From positions 353,298 to 417,297 of the forward strand of contig JAOACR010000009.1 in the NCBI GenBank assembly GCA_026417735.1: a DNA stretch of 64,000 nt. The letters run 5' to 3'. This DNA comes from Kiritimatiellia bacterium. Its GTDB lineage: Bacteria > Verrucomicrobiota > Kiritimatiellia > PWTM01. The notes under the pieces are model-generated. The model saw nothing but the letters and a program-made list of their open reading frames with translations, was not told where the DNA came from and searched no databases. Each line of letters starts with the position of its first letter. Within the stretch, counting starts at the first letter, position 1. Both the position numbers and the translations under genes were made by a program. Of the stretch, positions 36,947-44,957 are shown one piece after another.

Positions 36947-38299
36947 TCAGGCGCCGATCTCTTGTTTCAGCAGCTCCACAATGCGACCACACCACTCCTG
37001 CACGGCCTCGGCGCTGGGGCCCTCGACAAGCACCCGCACCTTGGGCTCCGTGCCGGAGTAGCGCACCACCACACGGCCGTTGGTGCCCAGCGCACGGCGT
37101 GCCTCGTCAAGCCGCTGGCTCAAGCCGGATACCGTCTCCAACGGCGGGCGCGCGCGGACCGGCAGACTCACCAGCTTCTGCGGATACTCGACCATGCAGC
37201 CGGCCAGCTCCCGCAGCGGCTGGCCAGTCGTTTTCATCAGCCGCAAGACTTGCAGCGCGGTGATGATGCCGTCTCCGGTCGTCGCATGGTCCATAAAAAT
37301 CACATGACCGGATTTCTCGCCGCCCAGGTTGTAGCCGCCGGCCCGCATGGCCTCGATCACCTGGCGGTCGCCCACGTTCGTCGTGACCACCCGGATGCCA
37401 CGCTCGGCCATGGCCGCGTGCAGCCCGAGATTGCTCATCGTCGTCACGACAAGCGTCTCGCGCGCCAACCGCCCGCGAGAATGGAAGTCCAGCGCGCACA
37501 TTGCCAGAATCCGGTCGCCATCCACCACCTCGCCCGCACTATCGGTGAAAATCACGCGGTCCGCGTCGCCATCGAGCGCAATACCCACGTCCGCCTTGTG
37601 CTGCCGCACCAGCTGGCCAACCGTCTCCGGGTGTAGCGCACCACAGCCGTTGTTGATGTTGTAGCCGTCGGGCGAGGCATAGGCCTTCGTCACTCGCGCC
37701 CCCAGCTCCTCGAAGATCCACGGCCCGATCCGATACGCCGCGCCATTGCTGCAGTCCAGCACGACGTGCAGCCCCGACAGGTTCTGATGGCCGACCGTCC
37801 CCTTCGCGAACTCAATGTAACGGCCCCTCGCGTCCTCAATCCGGTACGCCTTTCCCATCGTGTCGCTGCGAATGTGCTCCGCGGTCAGATCACCGTTCAC
37901 CACGTGGCGCTCAATCTGCAGCTCGAGGTCATCGGAGAGCTTGAACCCCTCGCCATCGAAAATCTTGATCCCGTTGTCGTCGTAGGGATTGTGCGAGGCG
38001 GTCAGCATGATGCCCACCGTCGCCGCCATCGAGCGGGTCAGATGCGCCACCGCCGGCGTCGGCAACACGCCCACCAGAAACACGTCCATCCCCATCGAGA
38101 CCAGCCCGCTCGTCAGCGCCGTTTCCAGCATGTAGCCCGACAGCCGCGTGTCCTTCCCCAGCACCGCGCGGCGACTTCCATGCCCGGAAGCACCAAACAC
38201 ATGCGCGATCGCTTTCCCGACCTGCAGCGCGACCTCCGGTGTGATCGGGTGATAGTTTGCCCGCCCGCGGATTCCGTCCGTTCCGAACAGTCGTTCCAT
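36947..38299 (-). CDS. glmM: phosphoglucosamine mutase
   Basis: Start at ATG 38299 (MERLFGTDGIRG) within track ORF 36947..38443. Phosphoserine loop GIMLTASHNPYDDNGIK, DGDADR and GGEKSGH blocks. Sits next to glmS. Confidence 0.93.
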   Translation of the reverse strand: MERLFGTDGIRGRANYHPITPEVALQVGKAIAHVFGASGHGSRRAVLGKDTRLSGYMLETALTSGLVSMGMDVFLVGVLPTPAVAHLTRSMAATVGIMLTASHNPYDDNGIKIFDGEGFKLSDDLELQIERHVVNGDLTAEHIRSDTMGKAYRIEDARGRYIEFAKGTVGHQNLSGLHVVLDCSNGAAYRIGPWIFEELGARVTKAYASPDGYNINNGCGALHPETVGQLVRQHKADVGIALDGDADRVIFTDSAGEVVDGDRILAMCALDFHSRGRLARETLVVTTMSNLGLHAAMAERGIRVVTTNVGDRQVIEAMRAGGYNLGGEKSGHVIFMDHATTGDGIITALQVLRLMKTTGQPLRELAGCMVEYPQKLVSLPVRARPPLETVSGLSQRLDEARRALGTNGRVVVRYSGTEPKVRVLVEGPSAEAVQEWCGRIVELLKQEIGA

Positions 38300-38447
38300 G
38301 ATTGGTGCTCCGATGCGATGGCCCGTCCGCCGGCTGCAACTTATCACACCACAAAGCGTCGCCGCAACGAAATGGCGCCGTAGCCGCCGGCGAGTTCCAG
38401 CGTGCCTCCCCTCACGCTCCGCCGGCCGGCTCACGGCGACCACTCGC

Positions 38448-38476
38448 TTGCCGGCTGGTCAGCCGCGGGGTATGAT
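38448..38476 (+). promoter_or_regulatory. putative sigma-70-type promoter for tRNA-Cys (TTGCCG-N17-TATGAT)
   Basis: TTGCCG at 38448-38453 and TATGAT at 38471-38476, spacer 17 nt, about 38 nt upstream of the tRNA 5-prime end. Pattern match only. Confidence 0.3.
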
Positions 38477-38514
38477 GAAACTGTCTTTGGGGCCTGCGGG
38501 CCCGCCGCGACGGT

Positions 38515-38589
38515 GGCGCGGTAGCCAAGTGGTAAGGCGGAGGTCTGCAAAACCTCTATGCATCGGTTCGATTCCGATCCGCGCCTCCA
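38515..38589 (+). tRNA. tRNA-Cys (anticodon GCA)
   Basis: Manually folded cloverleaf: acceptor stem GGCGCGG/CCGCGCC, anticodon arm GAGGT-CTGCAAA-ACCTC with GCA at positions 34-36, T-arm ATCGG-TTCGATT-CCGAT, discriminator T, encoded CCA. Confidence 0.9.
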
Positions 38590-38691
38590 TTTCTCCCGCT
38601 GAAGCACGAAGGAGCCGCGCGGTTTGACGTTGTGGCGGCAGCCCGATAGCGTGCGGCGCGGTACCGACCTTCGGCATCCGGTTGACACCGC

Positions 38692-40128
38692 ATGGCGTCC
38701 GATCGGGAATTGCGTCCGCTGGCCGTCGCCACCGCAACGGCGGCGCTGGTGATCGCCGCCGGTCTGTGGGGGATCGCGGACTGGCTCCGCCGCGAACCGC
38801 CGTTCGAGCTCGCCGAGCGCCTACCGGAACCCGAAACGCCGCCGGCCACCGCGCCGACGGTGGATCTGCGTGGCAGCTTTTCCGCGGGGCCCGGAACCCC
38901 CTCCGTGGTGACCTCTATGTGGCCCCGGTTCCGGGGACCGTTGGCCGATGGCATCTCGCGCGAGCCAGTTCCATTGGCGGCTCGGTGGCCCTCCAACGGA
39001 CCGCCCGTGCTCTGGCAGGTGGCCGTCGGCGACGGCCATGCAGGTCCGGCGGTGCGGCACGGCCGCGTTTACCTGCTCGACTACGACGAAGAACGCCGCG
39101 GCGACGTGCTGCGCTGCCTCTCGCTGGATGACGGGCGCGAGATCTGGCGACGGTTCTATGCGGTCGACATCCGCCGCAACCACGGCATCTCGCGCACGGT
39201 GCCGGCGGTCTCCGAGCGGGTGGTGGTTTCAATCGGCCCTCGCTGCCACGTGCTGTGCGTCGACGCCTTTAGCGGGGAGTTTCTGTGGGGAATGGACCTG
39301 GTGCGCGAGCAGGGTGCGAAGGAACCGCTCTGGTATACCGCCCAGTGCCCGCTGCTCGACGGAGAGGTTGCGGTGCTGGCGCCCGCCGGCCGCGTGCTGA
39401 TGCTGGGGGTCGAGGTCACCTCCGGGCGGGTGGTGTGGGAGACGCCCAACGAGGACGGATGGTCAATGTCCCATGGGTCGGTGATCCCCATGGAGTTTAA
39501 CGGCCGACGCATGTATGTGTATCCGGCGCTCGGCGGGCTCGTTGGCGTCGCCGCCGACGGGCCGCAGGTCGGCCGCATCCTCTGGAAAACCTCCGAGTGG
39601 CGCACCAGCGTGCAGGCGCCCTCCGCGCTGCCGCTGCCTGGCGGCCGAGTGCTGATCACTGCCGGTTACGGTGCCGGCAGCGCACTGTTCCAGCTGCGGC
39701 CCGACGGCGACCGCTTTCGCGCCGAGCTGGTCTGGCGAGCGGACAAAACCACGTTCGGATCGGAACAGCAGACGCCGCTGTTCCATCGCGACCATCTCTT
39801 CGCGGTGATGCCCAACGACGGCGGCGCGCTGCGGCGGCAACTGGTCTGCTATGATCTCGGCGGCCGGCTCGTGTGGTCGAGCGGTCCGCAGCGACGGTTC
39901 GGACTCGGACCACTGCTGATCGCCGCGGCGGACGACCGGTTGCTGGTGATGGATGACGAGGGTACGTTGACGATGGTGCGCGCGACGGCGGATGGCTACC
40001 ACGAGCTGGCCCGCGCCACCGTGCTGCCGAACGCCCGGGATTCCTGGGGTCCGATGGCGCTGGTGGATGGCCGTCTGCTGGCGCGGGAATCGACGCGGTT
40101 GGTGTGCCTGGACTTGCGGCGCCGATGA
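38692..40128 (+). CDS. membrane-anchored PQQ-like (BamB-type) beta-propeller repeat protein
   Basis: 478 aa. N-terminal anchor LRPLAVATATAALVIAAGLWGIADWL, then repeated beta-propeller blades (VLWQVAVGDGHAGPAVRHGRVYLLDYD, RVVWETPNEDGWSMSHGSV). First gene of a coupled operon; paralogous to 43233..44957. Confidence 0.7.
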   Translation: MASDRELRPLAVATATAALVIAAGLWGIADWLRREPPFELAERLPEPETPPATAPTVDLRGSFSAGPGTPSVVTSMWPRFRGPLADGISREPVPLAARWPSNGPPVLWQVAVGDGHAGPAVRHGRVYLLDYDEERRGDVLRCLSLDDGREIWRRFYAVDIRRNHGISRTVPAVSERVVVSIGPRCHVLCVDAFSGEFLWGMDLVREQGAKEPLWYTAQCPLLDGEVAVLAPAGRVLMLGVEVTSGRVVWETPNEDGWSMSHGSVIPMEFNGRRMYVYPALGGLVGVAADGPQVGRILWKTSEWRTSVQAPSALPLPGGRVLITAGYGAGSALFQLRPDGDRFRAELVWRADKTTFGSEQQTPLFHRDHLFAVMPNDGGALRRQLVCYDLGGRLVWSSGPQRRFGLGPLLIAAADDRLLVMDDEGTLTMVRATADGYHELARATVLPNARDSWGPMALVDGRLLARESTRLVCLDLRRR

Positions 40129-41078
40129 ACACCCTGCCCTCGATCGCGTTGTATGCGGCGCTCGCCGCGATCACGGCGGTCACCACGGTGGCACGCGAGG
40201 ACCCTGGTCCCGCCTTCACGCTGAACCTGGATCCGCTCAAAACGGTGCCTCCGCAGTGGCGCCGCTGGTACGAGCAATCACCTCTGCGCACCAATCTGTC
40301 CCACCTGACGGCCATCGCAATCGCAACGGACGACCGATTCGCGATCGTGGCCGGTCGAACGCTGATCCGCGGCACTCTCGGCGAACCACCGGAGCGCGAC
40401 ACCCGCACCGAACTGCCCGACGCCGGCCGCGCCGCTACCTTCGGACCGGACGGTCAGCTGTGGATCGCCCGCGACCGTGGATGGATCGCGTTTCCCCCCG
40501 GCGGCGACCCCGAAGAAGGCCCCCCCCTTTCCATCTCCAGCCGGATCACCTCGATCGCAGTGACCACGGGCAACGTCTGGCTTGCCGACGCTGGCGAACG
40601 GATCGTGTGGGTGTTCGACCGGACCGGCACGCTGCGCGCGCAGGTCCGCGGCGCAGACGCCCACGGCTTCGTGATCCCCAGCCCGCACTTCGACGTCGCA
40701 CCGGCCGGACCCGACTCGGCCTGGATCGTCAATCCCGGTGAGCTCCGCGTAGAGCTATGGACCGCCGACGGCCGCCGCCTTCGCAGTTGGGGACGCCCGG
40801 GTATGGACCTCGAGGGCTTTTGTGGCTGCTGCAACCCAACCGACATTGTCCTCCTGCCCGATGGCTCGGTCGCCACCGCGGAAAAGGGCATCGTGCGCGT
40901 GAAAGTCTACCGTGCCGACGGTTCGCTGGAGAGCGTCGCCGCGGCACCGGACCAGTTTGCGCCGGACACGGTCGGCCTAGACCTGGCATCGGATGCGGCC
41001 GGCCGGCTCTACGTCGCCGATCCTGCCCGGCGGGCGGTGCGGGTGTTCGCGCGCCGCGCAAAAACGGGGGCGCCATGA
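40125..41078 (+). CDS. NHL-repeat-like beta-propeller protein with CGCC motif, signal peptide
   Basis: Start ATG 40125 overlaps the upstream stop as ATGA. MNTLPSIALYAALAAITAVTTVA signal. NHL-like repeats (VWLADAGERIVWVFDRTG, RLYVADPARRAVRVF). Unusual EGFCGCCNPTD motif. Confidence 0.6.
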   Translation: MNTLPSIALYAALAAITAVTTVAREDPGPAFTLNLDPLKTVPPQWRRWYEQSPLRTNLSHLTAIAIATDDRFAIVAGRTLIRGTLGEPPERDTRTELPDAGRAATFGPDGQLWIARDRGWIAFPPGGDPEEGPPLSISSRITSIAVTTGNVWLADAGERIVWVFDRTGTLRAQVRGADAHGFVIPSPHFDVAPAGPDSAWIVNPGELRVELWTADGRRLRSWGRPGMDLEGFCGCCNPTDIVLLPDGSVATAEKGIVRVKVYRADGSLESVAAAPDQFAPDTVGLDLASDAAGRLYVADPARRAVRVFARRAKTGAP

Positions 41079-41302
41079 GACCGGAGCCCTCCACATCGGC
41101 CAGATCGCGGCGCGAGTGGCTTCGCAACGTCGCCCGCCTCGGCGCCGGGGCGGCGATTGTGGCCATAGTTGGCCGCGCCGCGCGCTCCTTCACGCCGGCG
41201 ACCGCGCCGGACGCGGCCAGCGGCTGCGCCCACTGCCCCTGGGCGGCCAACTGTCGAATCAGTCCACAACGATGTGCGCAGCGAGCAGCACCCCTTCGAT
41301 GA
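41075..41302 (+). CDS. small twin-arginine-signal protein with Cys motif (75 aa), hypothetical
   Basis: ATG 41075 overlaps the upstream stop as ATGA; its TGA at 41300-41302 overlaps the next ATG (41299) as ATGA. Product MRPEPSTSARSRREWLRNVARLGAGAAIVAIVG...GCAHCPWAANC has a Tat-like SRREWL plus hydrophobic stretch. Confidence 0.4.
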   Translation: MRPEPSTSARSRREWLRNVARLGAGAAIVAIVGRAARSFTPATAPDAASGCAHCPWAANCRISPQRCAQRAAPLR

Positions 41303-41919
41303 ACTCCGACTCTCCATCGTCGCCGACCTCTGACCGCCGGCAGTTCTTGCTGCGCGGCGCGGCCGCCGCCGCCGGATTTGCGGTCGCCACACTCGCCGGC
41401 GCAGCCGCGCGCGGTGCCGCCTCCCGCGACCGCATGGTATGGCAGATCGACCCTCACAAGTGCATCCAGTGCGGTCGCTGCATGACGAACTGTGTGCTGA
41501 CACCGTCCGCGGTGAAATGCGTGCACACCTACGCGATGTGCGGGTACTGCCGGTTCTGTTTCGGCTATTTCGACCCTGGCGCGGCGGAGCTCAACAGCGC
41601 CGCGGAAAATCAGATGTGCCCGACCGGCGCGATCCGTCGCCGTTTCATTGAGCCGCCATACTACGAGTACTCGATCATCGAACAGCTGTGTACCGGCTGC
41701 GGCAAGTGCGTGAAGGGCTGTAACACTTTCGGCAACGGCTCCCTGCAGCTTCAGATCCTCCATGACCGCTGCGCGCAGTGCAATGAGTGTGCGATCGCAC
41801 GCCGCTGTCCCGCACAGGCGATCGAGCGCGTTCCGCTGAGGGCGTGGAACCGGATGAAGGCCGAATTCGGGCCGGCCGGCGCCGCGTGGACAAACCCGGA
41901 GCCCCCGGCGCATGCGTGA
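41299..41919 (+). CDS. Tat-exported 4Fe-4S polyferredoxin (NapG-like periplasmic ferredoxin)
   Basis: Start ATG 41299 (ATG 41272 alternative) within track ORF 40993..41919. Tat motif SDRRQFLLRGAAAAAGFAVATLAGAAA. Cysteine clusters CIQCGRCMTNC, CGYCRFC, CTGCGKCVKGC and CAQCNECAIARRCP. Confidence 0.7.
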   Translation: MNSDSPSSPTSDRRQFLLRGAAAAAGFAVATLAGAAARGAASRDRMVWQIDPHKCIQCGRCMTNCVLTPSAVKCVHTYAMCGYCRFCFGYFDPGAAELNSAAENQMCPTGAIRRRFIEPPYYEYSIIEQLCTGCGKCVKGCNTFGNGSLQLQILHDRCAQCNECAIARRCPAQAIERVPLRAWNRMKAEFGPAGAAWTNPEPPAHA

Positions 41920-43222
41920 GTATCGTCTCCGCACGACCCGGCGGATCAGTATCGCGGTGCTGCTTGTCACCGCGATCGCAGTCGCCGCGGAGCAACGGTT
42001 CCCAAAACCAGATTTCAAGTCCGGCTACACTCAGCCCGTCTATCGCCCCCCTCTGCCCGCACGCTCCGCCGCACGTGAGTGGGCGGACGTCGGGTTGCTG
42101 GCCACCGCGTTGGTCGCCGCCGCATGGCTAGCGCTGCGCGCGCGCTCGCGCCGGGGCCTGTGGGCGCTCTCCATCGGCGCGCTCGTATGGTTCGGTCTGG
42201 TCCGCCAGGGCTGCATCTGCCCGGTGGGCTCAATCCAGAACGTCGCGCTTGCGCTCGCTGACCGTACCCATGCAATCCCGCTGACCACCGCGCTGATCTT
42301 CGCACTGCCGCTGATGGCGGCACTGTGCTGGGGACGGGTCTTTTGCGCGGCGGTGTGTCCGCTCGGCGCACTCCAGGACCTGGTGGTCCTGCGGCCGGTG
42401 CGGCTGCCGCGACCGCTGAACCGCGCGCTCGCGATGCTGGGCCCCACCGTGCTCGCGTTCGGCCTGGCGCTCACCTTCGCCGGCGCAGGCTTCTGGATCT
42501 GCCGCTACGACCCCTTCGTTCCGCTCTACCGGCGCAGCGGTTCGGCCGGCATGATCGCCACCGGCATCGCGTTGCTGGTGCTCGGCACCGTCGTGGCTCG
42601 GCCCTACTGCCGATATTTCTGCCCCTACGGCGTGCTGCTGGGATGGTGCTCGCGCCTTGCCCGCCGCCACCTCACCATCACCCCGGACGAATGCATCGAG
42701 TGCCGGCTCTGCGAGACCTCCTGTCCATTCGATGCGATCCGCGCCCCCGAGCCGCCCCATCCGGACCGCGCCGCCGCGCGCCGTGCGCTCGTTCGCGCGC
42801 TGAGCCTCGCGCCGCTTCTGATCGCAGCAGCCGCCGGCGCGGGGCGCACAGTGCTGCTGGCGCTCGCCCCACACGTTCACCCTGCCGTCACGCTTGAGGC
42901 GCAGCTGCTCGCCGAAGAGGCCGCCGGCACGCCCGACCTCACTTGGGAAACCCGCGCGTTCCGCCTCTCCGGCGCCCCTCGCGAGACGGCGACCACCGCG
43001 GCCGCCACCGCCCGCGGAAGGCTCGCCTCCGCGGGCCTTTGGGCCGGCGGTTTCGTCGGCCTGGTCGGCGTCACGCGCATCGTCGCCTCGCTGCGGCGCA
43101 GCGACCGTCGCGACTGGGTGCCGGACCGCGGCGAATGCCTCAGCTGCGGCCGGTGCTTCGCGCATTGCCCCCGTGAGTACGTCCGGCTCGGCCGGCTCGA
43201 CGGTCCGATCGGAAACCCGTAG
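41912..43222 (+). CDS. NapH/MauN-type membrane-bound polyferredoxin (CX3CP motifs plus 4Fe-4S clusters)
   Basis: 436 aa polytopic protein. CICPVGSIQ, RVFCAAVCPLGALQD and RPYCRYFCPYGVLLGW are NapH-family CX3CP blocks. CIECRLCETSCP and CLSCGRCFAHCP are ferredoxin motifs. Start overlaps the upstream gene by 8 nt. Confidence 0.75.
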   Translation: MREYRLRTTRRISIAVLLVTAIAVAAEQRFPKPDFKSGYTQPVYRPPLPARSAAREWADVGLLATALVAAAWLALRARSRRGLWALSIGALVWFGLVRQGCICPVGSIQNVALALADRTHAIPLTTALIFALPLMAALCWGRVFCAAVCPLGALQDLVVLRPVRLPRPLNRALAMLGPTVLAFGLALTFAGAGFWICRYDPFVPLYRRSGSAGMIATGIALLVLGTVVARPYCRYFCPYGVLLGWCSRLARRHLTITPDECIECRLCETSCPFDAIRAPEPPHPDRAAARRALVRALSLAPLLIAAAAGAGRTVLLALAPHVHPAVTLEAQLLAEEAAGTPDLTWETRAFRLSGAPRETATTAAATARGRLASAGLWAGGFVGLVGVTRIVASLRRSDRRDWVPDRGECLSCGRCFAHCPREYVRLGRLDGPIGNP

Positions 43223-43232
43223 AGAAAACCGC

Positions 43233-44957
43233 ATGAGCGCCGACCGCACTCCCGCCAGCCGCACGCTCGCCGCCGCGCTGCGCGGTCTGCTCTTCGGTGC
43301 CGGTTTCGTCTGCGCGGTCGCCGGAGCAGTCGCGCTGCTCAACTGCGTGCAACTGCGTCGGGCGGACCCGTTGAACTCGCCGCTGCGGCTTGAAGCGATC
43401 CGCGCCGCACAGTCGCAACCGGCCAACGCTGATCTCGTCGCCGAAGCGCGACGTCTCGACCTGCTGGCACGCCGAGCATTTTTCTCCGCGCAAACGCTCG
43501 CGGAGCAGGCCGGCCGCCTGCTGTGGATTGGTGCGGCGCTGATCCTCGGTGCGATCGCGGGCGCGCGCTGGCTCGAGCCGCGCGTCGCGCCGCCCCCCGC
43601 GCCGTTGCCAACCCCCGATGTCGGCGAACGCGAAGCGCGGGCGGCCCGCCGCGCCGTGGCCGCCTACCTCGCGTTGCTGATCGCCGGCGGTGCCGCGGCC
43701 GCCCGTACGCTCCGCGCGCGGCCGGCAGGGGCCCCCGGCGACGTCGCCCCCCCACCCACGACGAACCAGCCGGCACTCCCCGAGGACTCCGCACTGGCCG
43801 AGGCGTGGCCCTCCTTTCGCGGCCATTTCGGCCGCGGCGGCCGCGACAGGCCCGCCCCCACCCGTTGGGATGTACCCACCGGCCGCAACGTCCGATGGAG
43901 CATCGAGGTGCCACGGCCCGGATTCAGTTCCCCAATCTTCTGGAACAGCCGCGTCTTTCTCACCGGCGCGGACACCTCCACCGCCGAACTCTACGCGTTC
44001 TGCGCGGACACCGGCCGACTGCTCTGGCGGCATGAGGCGCGCGATGTGCCCGGATCCCCCCGCACCCCGCCCAAGACCAGCGAGGAAGTGGGTCTGGCCG
44101 CACCAACACCCACCACCGACGGCCTGCGCGTGTACGCAATGTTTGGCACCGGCGATCTCATCGCCTGCGACCTTGAGGGCCGCCGCCTGTGGGCCCGCCA
44201 TCTCGGCTCGCCGAAAAATCCCTACGGCCACTCCTCCTCTCCGATCGCAGTGCGCGGTCGCCTGATCGTCCAGTTCGACGACGAAACCGGCGGCCGACTG
44301 CTGGCGCTGGACGGGGCCACCGGCCGCACGATTTGGGAAACCCGCCGGGACGTTCGGCCCGGCTGGTCCACGCCGGTCGCCGCAGAACACAACGGCCGGC
44401 TTCGAATCGGGGTGCTCGCACAGCCGTTCTTCGCGGTCTACGACTGGGCGGACGGGCGCGAGCTGTGGCGCGTCCCCGAGCTTGAGGCGGAGATCGGCAC
44501 CTCTCCCGCGTTTGCGGACGGTCGTTGGTATGCGGGCAATGACAACACGCGGTTCGTCGCGGCCGACGACGTCGACGGCCGCGTACTCTGGGAGACCGAC
44601 GAGGATCTCCCGGACGTCGCCTCTCCGCTGGTCTGGCGCGGGCTGGTCGTTTTGGCGGCCAGCTCGGGGATCGTCACCGCGCGCGATGCGGCAACCGGCG
44701 AAAAGTTGTGGAGCCAAGAATGGGAGGAAGGGTTCTACGCCTCGCCAGTGGCGGCGGGTGAGGCGATCTACTTGCTCGATCGCGCGGGTCGCGCACGGGT
44801 GGTGCGTGCTGCGCGCCAGTTCGAGCTGATCGCCGAGAACCCGGTGGGCGAGGAGTGCGGCGCAACGCCCGCACTTGCGGGCGACCGTCTCTACCTGCGT
44901 ACTCGACACCGGCTGATCGCCATCGAAGAGGCAACGACCGCCCCCACCGCGCCATGA
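43233..44957 (+). CDS. membrane-anchored PQQ-like beta-propeller repeat protein (second copy)
   Basis: Start ATG 43233 within track ORF 42894..44957. N-terminal helices LLFGAGFVCAVAGAVALL and LLWIGAALILGAIAGA, then propeller repeats (RLLWRHEARD, RRLWARHLGS, RTIWETRRD, RELWRVPELE, RVLWETDED, EKLWSQEWEE). Confidence 0.7.
   Translation: MSADRTPASRTLAAALRGLLFGAGFVCAVAGAVALLNCVQLRRADPLNSPLRLEAIRAAQSQPANADLVAEARRLDLLARRAFFSAQTLAEQAGRLLWIGAALILGAIAGARWLEPRVAPPPAPLPTPDVGEREARAARRAVAAYLALLIAGGAAAARTLRARPAGAPGDVAPPPTTNQPALPEDSALAEAWPSFRGHFGRGGRDRPAPTRWDVPTGRNVRWSIEVPRPGFSSPIFWNSRVFLTGADTSTAELYAFCADTGRLLWRHEARDVPGSPRTPPKTSEEVGLAAPTPTTDGLRVYAMFGTGDLIACDLEGRRLWARHLGSPKNPYGHSSSPIAVRGRLIVQFDDETGGRLLALDGATGRTIWETRRDVRPGWSTPVAAEHNGRLRIGVLAQPFFAVYDWADGRELWRVPELEAEIGTSPAFADGRWYAGNDNTRFVAADDVDGRVLWETDEDLPDVASPLVWRGLVVLAASSGIVTARDAATGEKLWSQEWEEGFYASPVAAGEAIYLLDRAGRARVVRAARQFELIAENPVGEECGATPALAGDRLYLRTRHRLIAIEEATTAPTAP

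Noticed and set aside
34990-37263. 757-aa plus-strand ORF overlapping glmS and glmM
   Set aside because: Antisense to two highly conserved housekeeping genes, with low-complexity translation.
38678-38683. Perfect TTGACA hexamer upstream of the first propeller gene, considered as a -35 box
   Set aside because: It lies only 9 nt before the ATG at 38692, so it cannot serve as the -35 element for that start; probably coincidental.
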